In this document: one piece after another, positions 40,101 through 49,105 of the stretch
How positions within the stretch are numbered: position 1 is the first letter of the stretch
How the letters are laid out: each line of letters starts with the position of its first letter
Source of the DNA: a virus
Lineage: Duplodnaviria > Caudoviricetes
Strand: one strand, 5' to 3'
Length of the DNA stretch: 64,000 nt
IMG/VR virus record: IMGVR_UViG_3300030376_006242
Position numbers and translations under genes: made by a program
The notes under the pieces: generated by a model
What the model saw: the letters and a program-made list of their open reading frames with translations, nothing else
Told to the model about the DNA's origin: nothing
Databases searched by the model: none

Positions 40101-41753
40101 ATGACTGATTTAGAAAATATACAAAGGCTCACTGAACGTTTTAAAAGGCAAATGCCCAACGGTGAAGTGTACCAACAAAGACTCGCAGAAGAATTTGAAC
40201 TAATTCTTAAACAAAGATTCACAGAATACTTTTTAAAAATTTGTGACATCATAGACATCACATCAGATTTAAAACACATGACAAGAGGTTCGGCAGGATC
40301 CAGTCTTGTATGCTATCTGTTAGGAATAACTGATGTAGATCCAGTTAAATGGAATATACCTGTAGCACGTTTTATGAATCCATTGCGTGATGATTTACCT
40401 GATGTTGACATAGACTTTGAACATCACAAACAAGCAGAAGTTATGAATCGCATTTTCAAAAAGTGGCCCGGCAAGACAGCAAGAATATCTAACTATGTGA
40501 AGTATCAACCCAAGTCAGCAAAACGTGAAGCGGCAAAACGTTTAGGTGCCAAAGGCAAACTGCCACGCAAATTTAAATATGAAGATTATAATATCGATCC
40601 TGTTGAAGCAAAACGCATAGAACAAAAACTGTTAGGTAAGAAAAGATGTATATCTAAACACTGTGGTGGAATCATAATGTTTGATAGACAATTGCCTAAA
40701 AGTTTAATTTCTGCTGATAATCAAATACTGCTGGACAAATATGAAGTTGAAGACTTAGAACATTTGAAAGTTGATATACTTGCCAATAGAGGTTTGAGTC
40801 AGTTATTAGAAATAGATCCTGATATGAACTTAACAGATTATCCTATAGAAGATGAAGCAACTTCAAACTTATTAAGCAGAGGAGATGTGTTAGGAGTAAC
40901 ACAAGGTGAGTCACCGGCAATGCGTAGATTGTTTAGAGCAATACAACCTAAAAGTGTATACGACTGTGTGTTCGCAACTGCTATGATACGACCGGTAGCA
41001 ATGACAGGTAGACAAAAAGCATCCATGTTCAATGACTGGACTAAAGAAGGTGTACAAGATTCAATTGTGTTTGAAGATGATGCTATTGAAATTATTTCTG
41101 AGATTATAGGTATAGATATGTATGAAGCAGATATGTATCGTAGAGCATTTGCTAAAAAGAACGATGAAAAAATTATAGAGTTTGTAGATAGATTAGGTAA
41201 TCATCCACGCAAACAAGAAGCAATTGACACACTGATGACACTGTCTGGATTTGGTTTATGTAGAGCCCATGCGGTCAACTTGGGCAGATTGATTTGGGCA
41301 CTGGCATATCAAAAGGCACACAATCCTAAAAAGTTTTGGGCGGCTTGTTTAAAACATTGCGAAGGATCTTACAGACGTTGGGTGTACAACACAGAAGCAG
41401 AACGTTGGGGAATTGACAATGAACCTGGTTGGTGGAGAAGAGGATTTATTCCTAAATGTCATGTACAACAACAGTATCTAGATTATGTTCAGTTTGCTGG
41501 AGTTATTGCCAATGGTAGAGTTTTCAAAGGTAAAAATGGCAAGTATGTAACATTTGTCACACTAGGAATAGGTCCTGGCGAATACATAGACATCACAGTT
41601 AAGAAACCGTTCAGTCACAAAGATGGTGATGTTATTGTGGGTAGAGGCAAAATCAAACATCATAATAATTCAGACTATGTGGAATGTCAAGATGTGGAAC
41701 TGCTTTCATTCCAGCAATGGCTGGCGGACAGCAAAAATTCCGCGAAGCGGTAA
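40101..41753 (+). CDS. dnaE: Compact DnaE-family DNA polymerase lacking a PHP domain
   Basis: RGSAGSSLVCYLLGITDVDP, PDVDIDF, SKHCGG, KVDIL, AHA and C-terminal OB-like region. Confidence 0.88.
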   Translation: MTDLENIQRLTERFKRQMPNGEVYQQRLAEEFELILKQRFTEYFLKICDIIDITSDLKHMTRGSAGSSLVCYLLGITDVDPVKWNIPVARFMNPLRDDLPDVDIDFEHHKQAEVMNRIFKKWPGKTARISNYVKYQPKSAKREAAKRLGAKGKLPRKFKYEDYNIDPVEAKRIEQKLLGKKRCISKHCGGIIMFDRQLPKSLISADNQILLDKYEVEDLEHLKVDILANRGLSQLLEIDPDMNLTDYPIEDEATSNLLSRGDVLGVTQGESPAMRRLFRAIQPKSVYDCVFATAMIRPVAMTGRQKASMFNDWTKEGVQDSIVFEDDAIEIISEIIGIDMYEADMYRRAFAKKNDEKIIEFVDRLGNHPRKQEAIDTLMTLSGFGLCRAHAVNLGRLIWALAYQKAHNPKKFWAACLKHCEGSYRRWVYNTEAERWGIDNEPGWWRRGFIPKCHVQQQYLDYVQFAGVIANGRVFKGKNGKYVTFVTLGIGPGEYIDITVKKPFSHKDGDVIVGRGKIKHHNNSDYVECQDVELLSFQQWLADSKNSAKR

Positions 41754-41780
41754 AGCAGAAATTTCAAATCCGCGTAGCGG
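41740..41780. repeat. Two CCGC-GNA-GCGG mini-hairpins 30 bp apart at a transcription convergence
   Basis: ccgcgaagcgg at 41740 and ccgcgtagcgg at 41770. Confidence 0.75.
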
Positions 41781-41807
41781 TCAGCACAGCGAAATCGGTA
41801 AGCAATT

Positions 41808-42881
41808 TTAATCTATGATTTTTCTTTTGGCGCCTTTACGTTTGACGTCTAGTGTGCTACAATGTATTCCACCGTCCCAAAACAAATAGTGTCTTTGTGG
41901 CACAACGTGGCAGTCTATGTGTAAGGACTTCAGTTTAGCAAACAGTTTAGGTATGTGTCTAGCAAACACAATGTTGTGTCTATCTATGATCAACACATTA
42001 AGATCAAAACATACTTCTTGATTGTAACCTCTCCAATTCTCCAAGTATTTGTCTATCCAGTCAATGTCCATTTTGTTTTTGGCTTCTGCGTAATCTTGTA
42101 CATATCTATCCATTTTTAATTCAGGCAAACAGTCGCTGACATCTATCAATTGTTTTTTGTGTAAGCATTCTGGAACCCATTCCATGCCTGCGTGTATCAC
42201 TGTGTCGTCATCTATCATGATGAAGCCATGGTCAATGTGACCAAAGCCTTTACAACGTGTGGCGGTGTTGTTGACAAATTTATAGTCATTCAACTCTCTT
42301 TTACACCATTCTAAACCTGAGGGTGAACCTGGACCTTCGTTATTAACAATGATGGCATCGCCTGCCTTGTACATTGTGGCAGTGTGCCACAACACTCTGT
42401 CCATCAACTTTTCTTTGTAGGTTTTGTCATTCACAAACCAATCATCCTCTGTGTTTAGATTCTGTAGCATGGGTGCTGGTTGGCTGATCCAACGATGACC
42501 TTGTTGAAACAACTGTTCAAATATTTTGTAATAACTCACAGAGTCAAAGTATCTATCTGTGTAACTGGTGTAGGTTTGTATCACAGTGTTGCCCATTACC
42601 AGTAGGGCATCTCTGGGCACAACAGGTGCTATAGGAATCTGTATGTCAAACTGTGGCATTGTGATTGGATCATAGAATTTGTACACATCTGGACGCATCA
42701 CTTCAATGTTGCCTTGCTTTAAGAAGTCCGCCAACTGATCCAAATCCTGCTTGGTTTCTTCCAGTATCTTATTGAATGATGTGTGATCATTGTATTTTGT
42801 CAACAAGTGATTCACTTGTTCAGGAGTGTATGTGTCTCCCACTATCACTGTCTCTAACGGATCGTATTCTGTGTATATCAT
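41808..42881 (-). CDS. Amidinotransferase (glycine/inosamine-phosphate amidinotransferase family)
   Basis: EYDPLETVIVG, PRD, GHID and GGIHCSTLDVKR. Confidence 0.88.
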   Translation of the reverse strand: MIYTEYDPLETVIVGDTYTPEQVNHLLTKYNDHTSFNKILEETKQDLDQLADFLKQGNIEVMRPDVYKFYDPITMPQFDIQIPIAPVVPRDALLVMGNTVIQTYTSYTDRYFDSVSYYKIFEQLFQQGHRWISQPAPMLQNLNTEDDWFVNDKTYKEKLMDRVLWHTATMYKAGDAIIVNNEGPGSPSGLEWCKRELNDYKFVNNTATRCKGFGHIDHGFIMIDDDTVIHAGMEWVPECLHKKQLIDVSDCLPELKMDRYVQDYAEAKNKMDIDWIDKYLENWRGYNQEVCFDLNVLIIDRHNIVFARHIPKLFAKLKSLHIDCHVVPQRHYLFWDGGIHCSTLDVKRKGAKRKIID

Positions 42882-43429
42882 ATGTTTAGATATTTCACGT
42901 GCATGAAACTTTGTAGGCTACGTCTTTTTACATCTGGTGTAACAATTTTAGTCACAGCATGATACAAATCTTGATTGTTGATCACAATTCTATTGCAGAT
43001 AGGTTCCACATATTCACCTGTGTCTGCACCGTCTTTGCGGAACAGAAACAGTCCACCGTCCTTAAAGTCCCATGTTTCATTTAGGAAAAATGTCACTCCC
43101 ATAAAATCTATTTCATCTTTATCCCAATCAAGGAATCTATCTTTGTGCCAAGTACTCACATAAGGATATTTCATTTCATGATATCGCAGTGTTTGATCGT
43201 GTCCTGTGAGCAGTTCTTTTGTGAAATAACCTTTTTCAACCAACAAGCCAAAAAAGAAATCTTTAATTTCTTTGTTGAGATAGAACAGATTACAATCATC
43301 TGTTTCATGATGATCCATTTCATCATCATATCTTTCAAAACGTCCGTCGTTCTGTTTGATGTCTGCATCAATCATTTCATTCACTTTGGTCAACTGTTCT
43401 GCTGTTAAAAAATTATCTTTTATAATCAT
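42878..43429 (-). CDS. 2OG-Fe(II) oxygenase (prolyl-hydroxylase-like)
   Basis: WHKD, FLNETW...GG, YHAV and RRSL. Confidence 0.85.
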   Translation of the reverse strand: MIIKDNFLTAEQLTKVNEMIDADIKQNDGRFERYDDEMDHHETDDCNLFYLNKEIKDFFFGLLVEKGYFTKELLTGHDQTLRYHEMKYPYVSTWHKDRFLDWDKDEIDFMGVTFFLNETWDFKDGGLFLFRKDGADTGEYVEPICNRIVINNQDLYHAVTKIVTPDVKRRSLQSFMHVKYLNI

Positions 43430-44520
43430 TTGATCTGTTTCCTTAAAACTTCAAAATATTCATATGAAGCATTGATGGGCACAATAAAAAATTTGTGATC
43501 ATCGCCTCTCATCAAATCAAACAGTGTGCCAAACTGTCCCATGATGTTATATCCTGCTTCTTCAAATATTGATTTTGCTGTTGCCACTATGTCGTGATGC
43601 TGTGACATCAATTCTTCTTTGTGCAGGATATCAATATATTTAATACAACTCAACACACCAGGCAAACTGTAATTGTATGTGAATCCGTGTTCCCAATCAA
43701 AATCATCTGGCAATACTTCATCAATCTTATTGCTGTACATGGTAACACTGAGAGGAAAAAATCCTCCAGTGATGGCTTTGCCCATTGTGAATATGTCAGG
43801 TTCGATAGGTGTTTGTCGCCATCCAACAAAACTGCCTGTTTTGCCTCCGCCTATAAAAATATCGTCCACTATCACAACAACTCCTTGCTGTTGTAACTGT
43901 TTTATTTTGTTCCAGAACTCTGTTGTGTTTGGTCTTAACTGTTGTCCATAAGAACAAGTTTCCAACACAACACACATCACTTGACTCCAATCTGTTTGAT
44001 TGATATCAAAATCTCTTTTCAATCGAATCACTTGGTCATATGGTTTCAAAGTGTAAAAAGGATCATTGAACAAACTGTCTCCCATGTTGTAATTTAAAAA
44101 TGTAGAACCATGATAACTGTTTTCAAAACACACAATTTTTGTACGTTGTGTTTGACCAATCAATTTTTGATAAGCACTGGCAAGTTTTACAGCACCTTCG
44201 TTGGCATCTGATCCGCTGAGAGCAAAGATACTTTTGTATCCTGTCATGTGATACAGTGTGTCAGATAATTCATAACTAGGTTCATTGAGATACAAATTCT
44301 CATTCTTTACAATGCTTTCTGCTATTTCTGGTTTGACTTTTATATTGTCATACACATAATCTAATATGTCGTGTCTATCAAAACCCAATGTGAAACAACC
44401 ATAGTGTAACAATGGATCAATCACTTTGTTTTCGTCCTCAAGGTAACCATACTGCCAATGCGGTTTCGCAACACTGGTCAGTCTCTGTACACCTGGTATA
44501 AGTCCTTTTAATGATTTCAT
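43426..44520 (-). CDS. Class III PLP-dependent aminotransferase
   Basis: SGSDANE, SYHGST, DDIFIGGGKTG, PDIFTMGK (PLP Lys) and HGFTY. Confidence 0.92.
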   Translation of the reverse strand: MKSLKGLIPGVQRLTSVAKPHWQYGYLEDENKVIDPLLHYGCFTLGFDRHDILDYVYDNIKVKPEIAESIVKNENLYLNEPSYELSDTLYHMTGYKSIFALSGSDANEGAVKLASAYQKLIGQTQRTKIVCFENSYHGSTFLNYNMGDSLFNDPFYTLKPYDQVIRLKRDFDINQTDWSQVMCVVLETCSYGQQLRPNTTEFWNKIKQLQQQGVVVIVDDIFIGGGKTGSFVGWRQTPIEPDIFTMGKAITGGFFPLSVTMYSNKIDEVLPDDFDWEHGFTYNYSLPGVLSCIKYIDILHKEELMSQHHDIVATAKSIFEEAGYNIMGQFGTLFDLMRGDDHKFFIVPINASYEYFEVLRKQIK

Positions 44521-44528
44521 AAACGTAA

Positions 44529-45065
44529 TTATTGTATTTCAAATTCCAACTGATCGTATGTGATGTCATCGGAATCCATAAATTGTTTTTTTGATTCTAA
44601 ACTTACTGTGATAGGCAAATCCATATCTACAAAGTTTTGAACTGATATATTTTTTGTTTCTCCTTCATGAAAAGTTTTATCAATAGTGTGTGTTTGGTCA
44701 TTTACTTTCAGTTTCACTTGATATTCGTCTGTAAGTTTTTCACTGCCTTCCACAAAGTTTTTTCTATTAAATTTTGTTGTACATATAGAACTGTTGCTAT
44801 CAAACACAAAATCAACATCAGTTTTTTCTTTTATGTCTCCAAAAGAAATATTATAGATTAAACTAATTGTGTTTACACTGTTTGGATCAAACAACACTTG
44901 ATCACTCAACACAATTGGCAAGTTTTCTTCAGCGTCATTTATATTTTCAAACACTACTATATCGTTAACCATTACTGTGAGATTGTTTTGGTATTGATGT
45001 TTTTCCAAACTAAAATATTGTTTGTTGTCTTCTTTTGGGCAACGTAAAGTAAAAATTTTATTCAT
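44529..45065 (-). CDS. Hypothetical beta-rich protein
   Basis: Coupled within the operon. Confidence 0.65.
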   Translation of the reverse strand: MNKIFTLRCPKEDNKQYFSLEKHQYQNNLTVMVNDIVVFENINDAEENLPIVLSDQVLFDPNSVNTISLIYNISFGDIKEKTDVDFVFDSNSSICTTKFNRKNFVEGSEKLTDEYQVKLKVNDQTHTIDKTFHEGETKNISVQNFVDMDLPITVSLESKKQFMDSDDITYDQLEFEIQ

Positions 45066-45684
45066 GCTCTATACTGTCTTTAAATTTTAACAATGCTTCT
45101 TCAAAACTTAAATGATCTCCTGGTAATTTTAATAAAGTCAATGACAGTGTCCATCTATCTTGTGTAGGATCTGGATTGTGTGTATTGTGTAACTGTCCCA
45201 CGTTCATTAGACTGGGTTTATTGATTACTGCTTCATGTACTAATTCAATATCATTTTCTTCAGCACTGTAACACTTGTAGCAATCTATGTCAGGCTCTAT
45301 GCCTGCTTGTTCAAAACTTTTGTTTATTTCTGTTTCATCATGATTCACTTCGATATATTTTTTGTCTTCTTTCAACTTGTACCATCTTGTGGTGCTAGTG
45401 TCAGGACCCCAAGTAAAATTTAATTTACAGGCATCTCTTTGTCCAGGAGGGATCACAGTATCATTATGAATTGGGATGGCTCCGCCTTTGGGTTTGGTAT
45501 AAAAACCTTCTATCACGTTTGATATTTTTAGATTGTATTGTGCGAGCCATTTGAATAATTCGTCTGGCAGTTCGTCACTATCAACATACGTTATGAAATC
45601 ATTCTCAAGACTTTTGGCAAAACATTTAGGTTTGCTCATTGAAAATGGTAGTTGGATATACCTATGATATATGTTAAAGTTCAT
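45058..45684 (-). CDS. Cupin/2OG-Fe(II)-like protein
   Basis: IHND...LHNT...RWTLSL facial-triad pattern. Confidence 0.55.
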   Translation of the reverse strand: MNFNIYHRYIQLPFSMSKPKCFAKSLENDFITYVDSDELPDELFKWLAQYNLKISNVIEGFYTKPKGGAIPIHNDTVIPPGQRDACKLNFTWGPDTSTTRWYKLKEDKKYIEVNHDETEINKSFEQAGIEPDIDCYKCYSAEENDIELVHEAVINKPSLMNVGQLHNTHNPDPTQDRWTLSLTLLKLPGDHLSFEEALLKFKDSIEHE

Positions 45685-45693
45685 GCTTCAAAA

Positions 45694-45701
45694 TATTTAT
45701 A
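45694..45701 (-). promoter_or_regulatory. T4-type late promoter
   Basis: Exact TATAAATA on the minus strand, 9 nt before the ATG at 45684. Confidence 0.8.
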
Positions 45702-45873
45702 GACTGCTGAATTTATAAGTTGTAGGTATGGTTTTGGTGCGGATAGACGCACATATATGAAAGGTAAACATGGCCCGTACAATGACGTATATGACGCTTT
45801 AAAAGGCAAATATTCAGGGCATTCTATATGTCAAACTGTGCCTATGAATTATGCTATGAACATAATTAATTGT

Positions 45874-46557
45874 ATGTCAAAAGAAATTCAAAACAAAACA
45901 GTTAATCTAAGACAATGGCAGGATGGTAATGAACCTCCTTTCAATCCAGAAATGGAAGTCGAAATAAAAGACTTTGTGGGAGTGTTTAAAAAAGCATTTA
46001 CCAAAGAGTGGTGCGACCACGCAATCAAATATTTTGATGAAATGACAAAGATGGGTTTTGGTAGATCCATTCAAGAAATATCTGGAGCACCAAGACATTT
46101 AAAAGACACACAAAACTTTAACACAACAAGATTGTATTCGCAAGGTGACAACTTGTTAAGCATTGTTGGAGTTCCTGGAGTACAAGATAAATTTTTAGAT
46201 ACGTTTTGGGCGTGTTACAACGGAATTTACAGACATCAATTTTCATCTCTACAAACTGAAGGTGCACCACAAATGGTGTATGAAATGAAAATACAAAGGA
46301 CTGCACCAGGCGAAGGTTATCATGTGTGGCACTGGGAACAAAGTAGTAGATCAGACACAACACGATTTATGGTCATTCAAGTATTTTTAAATGATGTAGA
46401 AGATGGTGGTGAAACAGAATTTTTATATTATCCTAGAAGACTTAAAGCAGAAGCAGGAACATTGTTAATTTTTCCTGGAAACTATACTCATACACATAGA
46501 GGCAACCAGCCTTTATCTGGACCGAAGTACACAATTAATACCTGGCTAGAATTTTAA
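45874..46557 (+). CDS. 2OG-Fe(II) oxygenase
   Basis: GYHVWHWE, FLNDVEDGGETEF, THTHRG and KY; start codon uncertain. Confidence 0.88.
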   Translation: MSKEIQNKTVNLRQWQDGNEPPFNPEMEVEIKDFVGVFKKAFTKEWCDHAIKYFDEMTKMGFGRSIQEISGAPRHLKDTQNFNTTRLYSQGDNLLSIVGVPGVQDKFLDTFWACYNGIYRHQFSSLQTEGAPQMVYEMKIQRTAPGEGYHVWHWEQSSRSDTTRFMVIQVFLNDVEDGGETEFLYYPRRLKAEAGTLLIFPGNYTHTHRGNQPLSGPKYTINTWLEF

Positions 46558-46585
46558 GGCTGGTTGCTGGTTTGATTTAAATCAA

Positions 46586-46705
46586 TTAATTTTCAAAACT
46601 TTTTACGGCTTTTTCAACAAATTTTTCTAATCTGTTGTATATCCTAATAAAAAAATTTTTAATTGAAGTAATCACGAATGTGATTATTTGTTTGACTTTT
46701 CTCAT
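46586..46705 (-). CDS. 39-aa amphipathic peptide (not in ORF track)
   Basis: GGGAG RBS and upstream TAAATA; MRKVKQIITFVITSIKNFFIRIYNRLEKFVEKAVKSFEN. Confidence 0.5.
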   Translation of the reverse strand: MRKVKQIITFVITSIKNFFIRIYNRLEKFVEKAVKSFEN

Positions 46706-46807
46706 AGCCTTTTCTCCCTTGTTTGTGTTTTTTATTTGCCTTAATAAACAAAACATTTTGTTTTGTTCTTTAGTATTTACATAAGTTTTTGTGAATTTTA
46801 TCTGCTA

Positions 46808-47683
46808 CTATTCCAAAGTTTGCTGTGGCATAAATCCATGTACAACTTTTTGTGCTAGTATTTTCCATTCAGCAAGTTCGCCAATTTCTTGAATATGATG
46901 TGCTTTAGTTCCGTCATGATAAGAACAACGTATCTGCATCATTCCTTTTTCGGGTCTAGCATCTGCGGTAACACCTATTGCTGTTTGACAATTTCCATTT
47001 ACTAATTCTAATACATAGCGTTCTGTCATTAGTTCTATTGTTGGCCATTCTAGTATCTGCGGATTCCATATGTCTTTCATTTTGACATTATCACTTCTAA
47101 TCTGTACAACAACTTTGCCTTGTCCTGCCGCAGGTAGTAATTCTGTTTCGGGCATTACAGTATGTTGAACTTGAATTTTTAATCTATCCAAAGCACATTT
47201 TGCCATTATGATTCCATCTACCTCTTGCTTTGAAATTAAATCTATTCTTGTTTGAATATTTCCTCTAATAGGTACAAACCGTAAATCAGGTCTTTGGTCT
47301 GATAACATTTTTGCTCTACGCGGAGCACTTGTTCCTATTCTGTATCCGCTTGGAATAGAATCAAAATTTTCAAAAGGACCAATTAAAACATCTCGTCTAT
47401 CTCCGCGATCCCATACACAACCTAATATTTCTGTGCCGTCAGCAATTTCAATACCAACATCTTTAGCACTGTGTATGGCGCAATCTATTTCACCTGAAAG
47501 TAATTTGTCTTCTATAGCAGAACAAAAAATATGTTTGCCACCCATTTCATGAATAGGAGTTGTTTGATCTATATCGCCTTGACTTTTTATTTGAATCAGT
47601 TCGTAAGGTTGAACTAAACCTGATGCGGCTCCATCTGCTTGTCTAATGGCGAGAGGAGAACCTCGTGTGCCAATTTTTATCAT
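46808..47683 (-). CDS. hemC: Porphobilinogen deaminase (hydroxymethylbilane synthase)
   Basis: GTRGSPLA, HSAKD, GTSAPRR, IRGNIQTR, PAAGQG and cofactor Cys in GNCQTAIG. Confidence 0.95.
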   Translation of the reverse strand: MIKIGTRGSPLAIRQADGAASGLVQPYELIQIKSQGDIDQTTPIHEMGGKHIFCSAIEDKLLSGEIDCAIHSAKDVGIEIADGTEILGCVWDRGDRRDVLIGPFENFDSIPSGYRIGTSAPRRAKMLSDQRPDLRFVPIRGNIQTRIDLISKQEVDGIIMAKCALDRLKIQVQHTVMPETELLPAAGQGKVVVQIRSDNVKMKDIWNPQILEWPTIELMTERYVLELVNGNCQTAIGVTADARPEKGMMQIRCSYHDGTKAHHIQEIGELAEWKILAQKVVHGFMPQQTLE

Positions 47684-47688
47684 ATGAA

Positions 47689-47877
47689 TTACGCTCTAGA
47701 CCAAGCAATAGGATTTCCGTTTTGATCTTCTACTAAATCACGAGTATCCTTATATTGAGCAACCATAATGCCTTTGCCGCCATTTGGACCAATATATCTG
47801 CAAGGGATAATTTCTCTTTCGTTATGATATCTTGTACCATGCTGTGTGATAACACCTCGTGCTTTTACGCCACCCAT
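47689..47877 (-). CDS. Small hypothetical protein
   Basis: Coupled ORF upstream of hemC. Confidence 0.6.
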   Translation of the reverse strand: MGGVKARGVITQHGTRYHNEREIIPCRYIGPNGGKGIMVAQYKDTRDLVEDQNGNPIAWSRA

Positions 47878-47878
47878 T

Positions 47879-48025
47879 TTATCTACCTTGTCCTACTTTA
47901 AATTTTAAACTTCTTTTTTTTGACTTGTTCATTGAACTCAGTTTACATTTGTTTCTTTTTCCGGCTTGACTTGTTTTTTTAGGAGTACGTTCATGAGCCA
48001 CATAATTTTTTGCTAGTTTTGCCAT
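47879..48025 (-). CDS. 48-aa highly basic peptide (not in ORF track)
   Basis: MAKLAKNYVAHERTPKKTSQ...SSMNKSKKRSLKFKVGQGR; AGGAG RBS. Confidence 0.7.
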   Translation of the reverse strand: MAKLAKNYVAHERTPKKTSQAGKRNKCKLSSMNKSKKRSLKFKVGQGR

Positions 48026-48300
48026 TATCTACTCATCTCCTTTTCTCTAGCCGCTTTCAACGCCGCTCTTTTCTTTTCTATGATTGCCGCTTGTCTAATT
48101 TTTCTACCTATTGGTAATTTTTGTATAGTATAGAATTCCTCACCTTTTTTAGTGGTCCATTCTACTTCAACTTGATCTGCTTTAGTTCCACCTTGGAAAC
48201 TTTTGACTGCTTTTTTAAAACTCATAGCAGTAACTTCTTTGACTTGCTCTTCCTCTGGAGCAGTTTTGTCTATAAATTTAAATGTTCTTTCTTTAGGCAT
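48025..48300 (-). CDS. Small basic hypothetical protein
   Basis: AGGAG RBS and late ATAAATA box upstream. Confidence 0.7.
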   Translation of the reverse strand: MPKERTFKFIDKTAPEEEQVKEVTAMSFKKAVKSFQGGTKADQVEVEWTTKKGEEFYTIQKLPIGRKIRQAAIIEKKRAALKAAREKEMSR

Positions 48301-48350
48301 ATGTTCTCCTTGTTTGATGTATTTATTAAATGGTACTATAATTCTACTGC

Positions 48351-48379
48351 TTGACAATCAAATTTATTTGTGTTATACT
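48351..48379 (+). promoter_or_regulatory. Sigma70-type promoter
   Basis: TTGACA-17-TATACT with extended TG. Confidence 0.8.
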
Positions 48380-48386
48380 GATTTAC

Positions 48387-48734
48387 ATGAGCGAAAAAAC
48401 AAAACAAATTCTAGAAAATTTAAAGAGTATTACACAAAAAGAGCCTGAAGAAGACAAATCAGTAGGCCCTATTGCCAGCAATTTGGATGGTGATAGAATT
48501 TACAGCAATCTCAATAACAATATCCATTTGGTTAATGTTGATGGTTCTACATACAAAGGCAAGATATACAAAAGAAGAATTACTTTAAAAGACATAGATG
48601 GCGGTAATTTTTTCGCTCATGCCTACGAAACAGATGATGGTAGATGGTTTGATAGAGCAGGATTGCCATGCGACAAACCCAAAATACTTGCTAAACAATC
48701 AGACACAGAAGTTGATTCTGGTAGTGATACATAA
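48387..48734 (+). CDS. Hypothetical protein (leaderless)
   Basis: ATG 7 nt after the -10. Confidence 0.7.
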   Translation: MSEKTKQILENLKSITQKEPEEDKSVGPIASNLDGDRIYSNLNNNIHLVNVDGSTYKGKIYKRRITLKDIDGGNFFAHAYETDDGRWFDRAGLPCDKPKILAKQSDTEVDSGSDT

Positions 48735-48738
48735 TAGT

Positions 48739-48990
48739 ATGATTACAGAAGAACAGTATAGAGATATGCCAGAGTATTGGGATTATCAACGCAAAATAGA
48801 ATACAACAAAGAAAAGTGTATGACTGCGTGTGAAAAAATAATGGAACATTTTGGCGATGTAGAAGATGGCAAAGATGCTGAAGAAATGTTTCAAACTATG
48901 TGGCACAAAATAGAACCAGAAGACTATGATGAACCACCATTTGATTGGATCCCAAAAAACCCAGAATTACGTTTAGAACACGAAAAGTAA
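48739..48990 (+). CDS. Acidic hypothetical protein
   Basis: MITEEQYRDMPEYW...; follows previous ORF. Confidence 0.65.
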   Translation: MITEEQYRDMPEYWDYQRKIEYNKEKCMTACEKIMEHFGDVEDGKDAEEMFQTMWHKIEPEDYDEPPFDWIPKNPELRLEHEK

Positions 48991-49033
48991 TCATTATGTG
49001 TTAATCGCATACCAGTTATGCTAAATACATATA

Positions 49034-49078
49034 CGTTCAGGCATCAGGCCCGGAAGTAGCATACAGCGAAGGAACGCA
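49034..49078 (+). ncRNA. Glutamine-I (glnA motif) riboswitch
   Basis: CGUUC/GAACG P1, GGC/GCC P2, CGGAAGUA...GAAG E-loop core and short P3. Confidence 0.85.
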
Positions 49079-49105
49079 CCTAAACTTTAACAAAGGGAGG
49101 GTGAC

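Noticed and set aside
84-41032. Numerous short antisense or alternate-frame ORFs in the track
   Set aside because: They overlap well-supported genes and lack RBS or motifs; they are shadow ORFs.
33880-41753. The two DnaE ORFs as halves of one split-intein polymerase
   Set aside because: Both contain the same catalytic motifs, so they are paralogs rather than complementary halves, and neither has intein termini.
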